Part shown: positions 24,796 to 35,344 of the stretch, piece by piece
Numbering within the stretch: position 1 is the first letter of the stretch
How the letters are laid out: each line of letters starts with the position of its first letter
Assembly: GCF_030028105.1 (NCBI RefSeq)
Contig: NC_092370.1
Location: forward strand, 194,166,005 to 194,230,004
Length of the DNA: 64,000 nt
From: Mobula birostris
Lineage: Eukaryota
Reading direction: 5' to 3'
Position numbers and translations under genes: made by a program
Notes under the pieces: model-generated
What the model was told of the DNA's origin: nothing
Database searches by the model: none
What the model saw: the letters and a program-made list of their open reading frames with translations, nothing else

Positions 24796-25471
24796 GTATG
24801 GAGGTATGCTGAATTTTCTCTGTAATAATAAAAAATATGAAATAATTAATTCAGGCAATTTTTTAAGTGAAATAGCAAGGAAAACAGTTTGAATGGCCTA
24901 ATGATTGCTAATCTTTAGTTACTGATCGATTTTACAAAGTAATTGAAAAAGCAACATGTTTGGAGAGTCAAGCCAGGATCTCATTAATACTGAAAAAAAT
25001 AACACATTATTTTGTGAAGAACTGTGACTGATATCAACCTAACAGGCAAGTGTTTAAAATCGCAAACACAAGGAAATCTGCAGATGCTGCAAATTTAGAT
25101 AAACACACAAAATGCTGGTGGAATGCAGCAGGCCAGGCAGCATCTATAGGAAGAAATACAGTTAACGTTTTGGGCCGAGACTCTTCGTCAGGACTAACTA
25201 AAGGAAGAGGTAGTAAGAGATTTGAAAGTGGGAGGGGAATGGAGAGATCTGAAATGATAGGAGAAGACAGGAGGGGGAGAGATGGAGCTAAGAGCTGGAC
25301 AGTTGATTGGCAAAAGGGATATAAGGCTGGAGGAGGGAGAGGATAATGGGATGGGAGACCTAGGGAGAAAGAAAGGGGGGGGGGAGAACCTGAGGAAGTT
25401 GGACAGCAGGCAAGGAGTTATTGTGAGGGGGACAGACAGAGAAAAAAGAGAGAGAGAAAAAAGGGTAGGTA

Positions 25472-25516
25472 AATAAACAAACAAACAAACAAACAAACAA
25501 ATAAATAAATAAATAA
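25472..25516. repeat. (AAAC)n/(AAAT)n microsatellite
   Basis: Direct reading. Confidence 0.9.
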
Positions 25517-25646
25517 GGGATGGGGTAAGAAGTGGAGGAGGGGAATTAATGGAAGTTAGAGAAGTCAATGTTCATGTCATCAGGTTGGAGGTTACTCAGA
25601 CGGAACATAAGATGTTGTTCGTCCAACCTGAGTGTGACTTCATCTT

Positions 25647-26197
25647 ATACTTTATACTTTATTATATTTTATATTTTATTGTCACCAAACAATTGATACT
25701 AGAACATACAATCATCACAGCAATATTTGATTCTGCGCTTCCCACTCCCTGGATTACAGATATTAAATATTAAAAATAGTAAAAATTAGTAAATATTAAA
25801 ATTTTAAATTATAAATCATAAATAGAAAATAGAAAAATGGAAAGTAAGGTACTGCAAAAAAAAACGAGAGGCACATTCGGATATTTGGAGGGTACGGCCC
25901 AAATCCGTTCAGCAGTCTTATCACAGTTGGAAAGAAGCTGTTCCCAAATCTGGCCGTACGAGTCTTCAAGCTCCTGAGCCTTCTCCCGGAGGGAAGAGGG
26001 ACAAAAAGTGTGTTGGCTGGGTGGGTCGTGTCCTCGATTATCCTGGCAGCACTGCTCTGACAGAGTGGGGTGTAAAGTGAGTCCAAGGATGGAAGATTGG
26101 TTTATGTGATGTGCTGCGTTGTGTTCACAATCTTCCGCAGCTTCTTTCAGTCTTGGACAGGACAACTTCCATACCAGGTTGTGATGCACCCTAGAAG
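25647..26197 (-). mobile_element. Rex1/L2-group LINE 3' fragment nested in the Penelope element
   Basis: IIEDTTHPANTLFVPLPSGRRLRSLKTRTARFGNSFFP; (TATACTT)-type tail. It splits the host motif GLLYCQ|DEVTLRL. Confidence 0.85.
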
Positions 26198-26850
26198 ATT
26201 CTTGACAGTAGAGGAGGCCGTGGATAGACATGTCAGAATGGGAATGGGACCTGGAATTAAAATGTGTGGCCACTGGGAGATTCTGCTTTCTCTAGTTGAC
26301 AGAGCATAGGTGTTCAGCAAAATGGTCTCCCAGTCTGCGTTGTGTCTCTCTAATATATAGAAGGCTGCACCGGGAGCACTGGACGCAGTATATCACACCA
26401 GCCGACTCACAGGTGAAGTGTCGCCTCACCTGGAAGGACTATCTGGGGCCCAGAATGGTGGTGAGGGAGGAAGTGTAAGGGCATGTGTAGCACTTGTTCC
26501 ACTTACAAGGATAAGTGCTGGGAGGGAGATCAGTGGGAAGCGATAGGGGGGATCGAAGGGACAAGGGAGTCATGTAGGGAGCGATCCCTGCGGATAGCAG
26601 AAAGAGGTGGGGAGGGAAAGATGTGCTTGGTGGTATCTCACTCTTTAACATTTACATTTTATGACTTTTGAAAGTAATCAGCTCAAAAAATATAACTGCT
26701 TGATTGATGTTAGCTATTATGATTCTTGCTAAACACTTTTAGATCCCAAATAATGAATTGATTTATTTGATTAGATCAAAATGATCAAACTGAATTCAGT
26801 CACAAATTAAGAGAAAGTCTGCAGATGCAGGAAGTCCAAGCAACACATGC

Positions 26851-27003
26851 AAAATGCTGGAGGAACTCAGCAGGCCAGGCAGCATCTATGGAAAAGAGTA
26901 GAGTTGACGTTTCAGCAGTCCTGCTGAAGGGTCTTGTCTCGAAATGTTGACTGTACTCTTTTCCATAGATGCTGCCTGGCCGGCTGAGTCCCTCCAGCAT
27001 TTT
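26851..27003. mobile_element. Hairpin element made of two inverted Penelope-type termini
   Basis: Inverted repeat 26851-26913 / 26941-27003, same family as 25100-25190. The loop has CTGCTGA...GAAA. Confidence 0.75.
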
Positions 27004-27653
27004 CAGTGTTAAGTGAATACACAGTCATTCAGGGTTGCCAATACATCTTACATCTCTCCACCTTTTGCACTAGAATGCAAATCTTCACTAAGTTGTGTTA
27101 AATTGATGGACTTGAACTTGCTGGGAAATGCTGATTTTTTCTCAAATACCGCCACCAAGTTTAAGATATCAGTGTGAACACTGAGGCCCTGAATGCACTC
27201 ACAGTTCTCATTCATGGAGCAAAGTGTTTCAGATCAAGGCCCTTCATCTGGATTATAAATGTTCTCAAAAGAAATGGAAAGCCCTAAGGCCTCCCTGATG
27301 AGGAATGGAAGTTTATAGTTACTGAAAATCCATGGTAAAAAGTAAAGTTAGAGGGGCCAGAGAATTGAAAGTTGTTAAAATTGTGAAAAGCATGTGAAGT
27401 GTCCCAGATGAAGATGCTCTATACGTTTCAAAATTTAATGGATAGAGAGAGGCAAGATAGAATTGAAGTATGAAGAGCTAAGTTCAGTGGAGCAAGACCA
27501 AGAGGAAAATAATAGGCCCACTATGGCAGTTTTGCTTGTGAATCATGGCTGAAAATAGAAATGGGCAGTACATGGTTGGGAAAATATTCGGGTTGTAAGC
27601 TAAGGAGGAGAGATCTCCTGAAGTGATGGGATCTGTGATAATATGGGAGACAG

Positions 27654-28654
27654 TGTCACAAAGTGGGGAGCAAAGATGGACCCAAATGCAGGACACAAAC
27701 ATGTCTTGTGAGGTTAACTAAATTGAGTTTATTGCTCATTACAAGGAGAGCAAAGTAGAAGCAGGAATAGCGTAATGGACAAGGACTCAGACCCTGGACT
27801 AGGCTGGGACTAAGGGTCTGGGCCAGGACTTGGAACACGAACCTCGGAGCCAGGACCCCGAACATGGACCTCGGAGCCAGGACGCGGAACACGGACCTCG
27901 GAGCCAGGACCCGGAACACGGACCTCGGAGCCAGGACCCGGAACACGGACCTCAGAGCCAAGGCTTGATACTTGAAACCTCCAGAACCAGGACTCGATAC
28001 TTGAAACCTGCAGAGCCAGGACTTGATTCTTGAAACCTCCAGAGCCAGGACTTGATACTTGAAACCTCTGGAGCCAGGGTCTCTTCCTATTCATTGGACA
28101 GACTCAGACACAGGACATAAAACGCTGAGCCGGGAATCCTCCTTAGACACAGAACGGAGTCAGGACTCTTCTTGACACAGGGTCAGGACACTTCCAGGGT
28201 ACAAGGCCAGGACCCCTTTTAGATGCAGGACATGGATACGGAGACCACAGAACAATGGACAGTACTATAAATGGGCACAAGTATGCTCCAAGCAGTGGCG
28301 AGCTCTTGGCTCACCCTGGCAGGTTAACTTTGACTGACCCACTCTGACAAGGGAAGGCAGCTTGCTGGCACTTGCTTCGGGAGGAGACTGGGCTTGCTTC
28401 GGCAGAAACTTAGTTGGCTCCAGCCAGATGACACTGGCTCGCACTACCTTCGTTGACTTCGTTAACACTCTCGCGCCGAACAGCTGAAAGCCGGAGACCT
28501 ATAAACTGCCGGTTCAGCCGAGAGTAAATTGCTTCTAATTACCAAGCCCGAGGGACATGGGAAAACAGAGAACCAAAGGGAAACAGGGAGTCAATGGTAC
28601 GGATCGTAACACAAACAAAGTAAATTTAAAGGGAACCCGATCCAGACCATGACA
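27654..28654 (-). mobile_element. Solo LTR with 5-bp TSD
   Basis: TGTCA...TGACA termini; GACAG at 27649-27653 and 28655-28659; AATAAA on the minus strand near 27730. Confidence 0.85.
27832..28078. repeat. Compound minisatellite inside the solo LTR
   Basis: About 5 copies of 27-bp GGAACACGGACCTCGGAGCCAGGACCC, then about 4 copies of 29-30-bp CTTGATACTTGAAACCTCCAGAGCCAGGA. Confidence 0.9.
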
Positions 28655-29424
28655 GACAGTGGCCTGATGATTATTGGTGGGAACATGGAACAGGAGTGAG
28701 TTATGAGAAGTGTCCAAGAGTTGCCGTCAGACATCTTCCAGGAAAAGTAAGTCTGCCAGATCACAAGGACACAGCTCCTGTCTGAGGCTTGATCATGAAG
28801 TTAGGATTGCTGCAGAGTGAGTAGAGAGTTGCAAGTTCAGAGGGGGTAAGGTTTGAGTGGGTGACTGGGCGTGGGTAATGGTGAAACCATGAAGGTTAAT
28901 GTCATGTTGGCAAGTTGAGATGAAAAGGTTAACAGATGGTAAAACCCAGTAAGATGAAGGGTGTGAAACATTTTAACTGTCTATTTCCCATCAAAGATGC
29001 TGCTTGACCTGCTGAGTTCCTCCAGTGAATCATTTTGTGCTCCAGATTCCAGCATCTCCAGTCTCTTGTGTCTTCCTTGATTCTGAGGGACCTACTAAGA
29101 GGAAGAAGGACAGTGAATATTATAAATAAGCAGAACAAGTTAACTGAGATGGACTGCTGCATCCCAAGTAGACAGCACAACAAGGTGGATAACTGAATTC
29201 CAAGACATCTGGTTATGAATCTCACTATCCCAGTCCAGCTAGATTGGTTTGAAGGGCAGATCAAATAGCAGAGGAGAGTACGTGACACTCTCTTTCTGAA
29301 AGAAGTCACAAAGCCCATATTCCAAGGAGCTGCTGACATCTGTTTTATGTTGGGCCAAGTTATCCTAGTAATCCACTAGAGACTCTACAAGCTCTTTTGC
29401 AATTTATAATCTATGGGCATACTA

Positions 29425-30398
29425 GCCATATAACCATATAACCATATAACAATTACAGCACGGAAACAGACTATCTCGGCCCTTCTAGTTCGTGCTGAAC
29501 TCTTACTCTCACCTAGTCTCACCGACCTGCACTCAGCCCATAACCCTCCATTCCTTTCCTGCCCATATATCTATCCAACTTAACTTTAAGTGACAACATC
29601 GAACCTGCCTCAGGCACTTCTGCTGGAAGCTCGTTCCACACAGCTACCACTCTCTGAGTAAAGAAGTTCTCCCTCATGTTACCGCTAAATTTTTGCCCTT
29701 TAAGTCTCAACTCATGTCCTCTTGTTTGAATCTCCCCCAACCTCAATGGAAAAAGCCTAACCACGTCAACTCAATCTATCTCCCTCATAATTTTAAATAC
29801 CTCTATCAAGTCCCCCCTCAACCTTCTACGCTCCAAAGAATAAAGACCCAACTTGTTCAACCTTTCTCTGTAATTTAGGAGATGAAACCCAGGTAACAGT
29901 CTAGTAAATCCTCTCTGTACTCTCTCAATTTTGTTGACATCTTTCCTATAATTCAGTGACCAGAACTGTACACAATACTCCAAATTTGGCTTTACCAATG
30001 CCTTGTACAATTTCAACATTACATCCCAACTTCTATACTTAATGTTCTGATATATAAAGGCCAGCATACCAAAAGCTTTCTTCACCACCCTATCCACATG
30101 AGATTCCACCTTCAGAGAACTATGCACCATTATTCCTAGATCCCTCTGTTCTACTGCATTCTTCAATGCCTGACCATTTACCATGTATGTCCTATTTTGA
30201 TTAGTCCTACCAAAATGTAGCACCTCACATCTATCAGCATTAAACTCCTTCTGCCATCTTTCAGCCCAATCTTCTAACAGGCCTAAATTTCCCTGCAAGC
30301 TTTGAAAACCTACTTCATTGTCCACAACTCCACCTACCTTAGTATCATCTGCATACTTACTAATCCAATTTACCACCCCATCATCCAGATCATTAATA
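29425..30398 (-). mobile_element. 5'-truncated CR1 LINE
   Basis: INDLDDGVVNWISKYADDTK...LEYCVQFWS; (CCATATAA)n tail on the plus strand. Confidence 0.92.
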
Positions 30399-30689
30399 CA
30401 TAAGTCTGAGCTTTCATTGGAGTAATGCAACTTTGCAGTCTAGATTCCTTTGCTTCCACTACAGTCACACTGATATTTTGTGGCCCCTGCTTGTGCTGCA
30501 GTGGAAGCTATTTGACATTAAAGCACAGCTGGGTCTACAACTGCCCGCCCATGAGCCAAGTATTTCATTGCATGTACGTGTCAGCTTATTTCCAAAGGGC
30601 TGGCTTTTTGAAGATTTCATCTGAGACTTCTGTGGCAGAGCTCATATGCTGCCTCACAGGGCAGACACATAAGATAAAACTTCATTTAT

Positions 30690-31200
30690 CCTGAAGGAAA
30701 TTATTGTTGCAAGCTTGCTCAGTCAGAAATATATACTTAAAATACAAAATGCAAGCATTGAGGTATGAAAAATGCAAAATGTGCATTAAAAAGTAATGCA
30801 AAATACAGATATGCGATGAAACCATATACTTGTACACTTAAGGGGGAGGAGTTGTAGAGTCTTATAGCTGCAGGGAGAAAGGATCTCCTGTGGCATTCAG
30901 TGGTGCACCTCAGTGGAATCTGTCTGTTACTGAGGGTGTTTGTCTAGTATGTCATGGAGGGGTTGAGAGAGGTTGTCCATAATGCTCCAAAGCTTCTGCA
31001 GCACACTCTTTTCAATAGGTAGTTCAGTTCCACCCCCAGAACAGAACCGGCCTTCCTGATGAGCTTATTGATCTTCTTGGCATCAGCTGCTCTCATCCTG
31101 CTGCCCCAGCAGGCTAGAGTGTAGAATAGAATGCTGGTCACCACTGAGTCGTGGAACACCTGCAGCATTGTGCTGCAGACATCTGCTCTCATTTCCTTCA
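30690..31200 (-). mobile_element. Rex1/L2-group LINE 3' fragment
   Basis: MLQVFHDSVVTSILFYTLACWGS...INKLIRKAGSVLG. Confidence 0.8.
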
Positions 31201-32089
31201 GCTCTAGCTGAGGCCCACTCCTCCTCAATGTCCCACCATGTATGAGTCCCATCTCTGCCCCATTCCTCTATATCAAGTACTGTGCCTGCAGATAACTGCA
31301 AACAAGAAATCAAGAAACTATGTACTCTCAATTTCCCTCTGCCACCTGGCTAGATGAGTTCTTGGGTGTCTGGAGTTAAGTCGTGACATGGGGATTGCAC
31401 AAGTACCTGCTTTCATCATTAACTATTTTTAAATTGGGGGCATCATGGGATGGTAGAAGGTGATTGATCAGGAATAATGGTACCATTACTTTCAATGATT
31501 TCAGACCTGCTGGTGGTCATAACTTTAGGAACAGCAGGTGCAATCATGGATGGGTGATCTTCTGACAGGCAATTTAAAGGATCTACCTCTACTTAGTTCT
31601 CTATGTTTTAGCTGTTGACAACAATTACCTGCAAAAGACAGAGCTGTCTCAGTGTGCATTGTGTGAGCTGCCAGTGTTAAATACCAGCAATATGTGCAAG
31701 CTGAGATTTGCGATTGTGAAGCCTTCAGCTGTGCTGTCTGAGTACAGGTGCGAAAGAACATATGAAACCTAATTGCTGGAAGTTGATAGCAGAAAAGTGA
31801 TATGGCTGTTGTGACTGGAGTGATGTCTTGGGCTAGTGTCTGTAAGTTCATCCATTGACCTTGATTAGTCCCATAAGCTCAATGAATATCTTGGAATGCT
31901 GCATGAAAGCCCATAAGTCTCAATTCCCAGCACTCATCACCGAGGCTATCCACTTCTCTTGTCTTTCATTCAATTGTCTGGTGGAATCCTTGCCACCATA
32001 ATGATACACCATCTCTCTTCCACCATGATCTCTGTGGAGTCCCCGAAACCCTTAACCTGACAGTCTTACACAATGTGACACGAAGTAAA

Positions 32090-32405
32090 GTTTAGATTTA
32101 TTTGTCACATGTACATCAAAGCATAGAGTGAAAAGCATTTTTTGCATCAAATCAATTCAGCATGAATTGTGCTGAGCAGCCAACAAATAAAGCCACACTT
32201 CTGGCCCCAACATAGCATGCTCACAAATCGCTAACCCTAATTGTGCATCTTTGAAATATGGGAGGAAATTAGAGCACCCGGAGGAAACCCATATGATTAT
32301 AGGGAGAACTTACAAATCCTTACAGACAGTGGTGGGAATTGAACCCTGATCTTACAGCTGGCACTGTTAAAGCAGATCACGAATCACTCTGCTATCATGC
32401 CACCC
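32090..32405 (-). mobile_element. tRNA-derived V-SINE (HE1-like)
   Basis: GGAGGAAA..GAGCACCCGGAGGAAACCCA...GGGAGAAC..ACAAA; B box (plus strand GGGAATTGAACC). A related copy lies at ~58690-59005. Confidence 0.7.
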
Positions 32406-32630
32406 AAATCTCAATTCATTCTTTCCCAGGTCATATTCACATGTTTCCAGCATTTGCCACAAACCTCTCTCTCGTAAGAAGTGCAGGTTTGTTTTAACTC
32501 TGTTTTAACAGGATAGTTGTGTCACTCTCAAGACAAGAATATATTGCCCTTCCCTATCAGTCATTCAACATGATGTGTTTTGAGGTCATTTCAATGTACA
32601 CAAGCAATTTACGATATTGGCTTCTGACAG

Positions 32631-32737
32631 ATGCCTCCAACCGAATGAGTCATGCTGTTAAAGCCAGCTGGATGCAAGGATCAAACAAAGGAACAGACGT
32701 CCTCCAGGATGGCCTATTCCTGCACTGCAATCAACAT
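32631..32737 (+). pseudogene. Candidate exon (phase 1 to 0): (D)ASNRMSHAVKASWMQGSNKGTDVLQDGLFLHCNQH
   Basis: Acceptor cttctgacAG, donor CAT|GTGAGT, open frame. Confidence 0.65.
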
Positions 32738-33185
32738 GTGAGTTAATTGCATGTCACTATCTCTGCACCTGCTTTTAGGGGCTATTGAATTTTGCCCTTG
32801 GTGTATCTTGATAGGTCCCTTTGCTAAACAGATTTTACATTTTCTGCTTTGCTTATAATTAAGTATTCATCTACCATGCAAAGTGTACTGCTACAAGTGA
32901 TAGTTTTGTCAGGCTATTGTATTATTGGACAAGACAAGCTTGAATGTAATGGATGTTTTTTTCTATCATTTGCATATTCACCTCACAGCTACATTTACAG
33001 TCTGGTTAAGTATCCAAACATTCAACCGATGACTAGAATGGATAGTGAGTAGGCACAGAATGAAGAATTTAGGAACGTAAGCTGTAGATTTATTTTTTTC
33101 ACGATAAGATTTGCATTGTATTCATTTTTAATTCAAGAAAGTAGCCTCTCAGATTTGGTACAGTGTCAATACTGACCTTTAACAG

Positions 33186-33290
33186 GATACCTCATTTGAT
33201 GTGATGCTGTCGACCATGTCCAAGTGCGAACTACGTGATCAGTCGTTGCTCAATACTCTTCATGTTGTCAATCTTTACGATCCAACCCCA
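33186..33290 (+). pseudogene. Candidate exon (phase 0 to 0): DTSFDVMLSTMSKCELRDQSLLNTLHVVNLYDPTP
   Basis: Branch-point-like CTGAC followed by ctttaacAG; donor CCA|GTAAAG; 105 nt open. Confidence 0.6.
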
Positions 33291-33627
33291 GTAAAGCTGT
33301 GTTAAATATACATCCATAAAAACGATGAGAGTTACTGACTGTTCTGTCAGGATGCTTATGTAATGACCTAAAAGACCAAGTAGCAGGTAGCAGAGTTTGG
33401 ATTCTAGGTCTGCTTTAGATAGAGGTGGCATTTTATTTAGAGACATGATATTAGTCTGAGGTGCTGAATATGATGTGCTAAAACACCTTGCAAAGCCGAA
33501 TTTTATGGCACTCATAGTTAATCTGAATATATGCACTTTCAGAAACAAAGCATTAGGTTGCATAGCAAGAATTTCTCCTTGTTCCTCAATGGTCTGAAAT
33601 TGAGGAATGAGTTTCTATCTTTTGCAG

Positions 33628-33743
33628 CTGCTATTATCCAAGAGGTACAAAAGCCCTTTAGCTATTTGGTTCTTGAACCAACCAGCAAAACTTGATTTAC
33701 TGCACTCTAGCAACATTATGTTCACTTCACCTACTTTACATAA
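33628..33743 (+). pseudogene. Candidate exon (phase 0 to 2): LLLSKRYKSPLAIWFLNQPAKLDLLHSSNIMFTSPTLH, or a micro-exon ending at 33644
   Basis: Strong acceptor tttctatcttttgcAG. Two possible phase-2 donors: AG|GTACAA at 33644 and AA|GTTTCT at 33743. Confidence 0.5.
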
Positions 33744-34566
33744 GTTTCTCTTCTTTTTTTTTGTTCTAGTTGTAGATAATTTATGTTTATTTTTGCAAAG
33801 GCTGCTTGTATCATGCTTTGTGTTTCTAATGCTGTCGCACATAAGTTTTTCATTGCACCTGTGCAAATCACAAAAAAAAACTCGCCTTTGATTTTGACTT
33901 TGATTTTGATCACCTCCTGCACAAAGTCTGGACTTGCAGTACATGTCCATAAGGAAGCTTGGTTAAGGAGGCAGGCTTAGAATGCTTCTAGTCATTTGAA
34001 TGTTAATTGAACTAAATTGAAGAATGCATGCAATCTGTCACAAATGAAGATTGACAATATATAAAACAAATAGTGTGCCCAGGGAGTGTCCCCTTTCAGA
34101 AACTCAGCAGCAAAACCAAGTGGGAAGGTGTCAATTTCAGAGATATGTCCTCTTTCTAGCTCTTCTCAGGGAGCAAGGGGATAACAGTTCTCCATCTGGT
34201 GCCTCATGGGAGCCTTCAACTGTCCTTATGCCACTCCTTGCTTTGATGACTTTGTATCACCCAATTCAACATAAAATGGTTCACTTTTATTGCTTTGCAG
34301 TAGAATAAACATCTTTTATAAGTCACCAAAAAATAAGAAATAATCTGAATGATAGATAATATTTAATTCAAACCAATTTTAATATGTTGTTTCTATGGCA
34401 ACAACCATATGCAAAATATCAAATTTCATTGACTCAATGATACTATCATTTTGATCTTCCCAATTTCTGTTTCTCTCTCACTCCCTGTAGCCCTCCAGTC
34501 TTTTCTTGCACTAAATGCAGACTTGCAGTAGAGAGGCTTGATTAAACTTTAAATTGTCCCATTCAG

Positions 34567-34651
34567 GCCTAAAAATCTACTCACTATGGAGGATTTCTTA
34601 CTCATGTGGGATAATGTCTTTCCTGACAAGGGAAATTACTCTGCTTGGCAG
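34567..34651 (+). pseudogene. Candidate exon (phase 2 to 0): PKNLLTMEDFLLMWDNVFPDKGNYSAWQ
   Basis: Acceptor ttgtcccattcAG, donor CAG|GTGAGA, open frame. Confidence 0.65.
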
Positions 34652-34739
34652 GTGAGACTTGTGACTATGAAATAATCTCAGGTTCTTGGGCCTCCTCTGT
34701 GGTGGTTGCAGGAGTTGTCCTGTGACTGCAGTAAGTGTT

Positions 34740-35106
34740 TCCGACAGCTCCAGATCCTTGGTAAAGTGCCTACCAGGCTGAGTGAGTATGGTCAAAGAGA
34801 GAAAAGTGAGTTTTTCAAAAATGAAATCTCATATTATGGAAATCTCATTGATAAGCATGGCTTACGTAAATCACAAGAGAAGAATGAAGCAGTGCTACAG
34901 GCACTGAAACCGGAAAATGTATCACCACTCAGGTCATACTTGACTTTAAAACTACTACCACCAGTTTTTCCCAATCATTGCTGCAGTGCTGCATTCATTG
35001 AACACACTGCTGCAGACAGGAGCAAAATGGGAATGGTTAGAAAGGTGTGAAGGAGCAGTCAAGGAAACTAAGAGACAAATAACATCAGATGAACTGCTTA
35101 CCCATT
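34740..35106 (+). mobile_element. Gypsy RT/connection fragment (a second family)
   Basis: EFFKNEISYYGNLIDKHGL...PENVSPLRSYL...LNTLLQTGAKWEW...ITSDELLTHY. Confidence 0.75.
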
Positions 35107-35330
35107 ATAGAAACATAGAAAACCTAACAGCACAATACAAGCCCTTCGGCCCACAAAGCTGTGACGAACTTTATAAATATCTATGGTTACCCATAGCCCT
35201 CTATTTTTCTAAGCTCCGTGTACCTATACAGGAGTCTCTTAAAAGTCCCCACCATATCTGCCGGCAGCCCATTCCATGCACTCACCACTCTCTGCATAAA
35301 AAAACATACCCCTGATATCTCCTCTGTCCC
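35107..35330 (-). mobile_element. CR1 3' UTR fragment
   Basis: (ATAGAAAC)n tail followed by CAGCACAATACAAGCCCTTCGGCCCAC. Confidence 0.75.
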
Positions 35331-35344
35331 AGAACAATAGTTCT

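Larger units (their letters stand above)
25060..26635 (-). mobile_element. Penelope-like element 3' part (GIY-YIG endonuclease and terminal repeat), split by a LINE
   Basis: YPCKWNKCYTCPYT...FTCESAGVIYCVQCSRCSLLYIRETQRRLGDHFAEH...ATHFNSRSHSHSDMSIHGL...EQHLMFRLSNLQPDDMNIDF. Hammerhead-like CTGACGA...AAAAC at 25164-25191(-). Confidence 0.85.

Noticed and set aside
27656-28094. Repetitive ORFs and a CRISPR-like look
   Set aside because: Head-to-tail minisatellite without unique spacers, inside a eukaryotic LTR.
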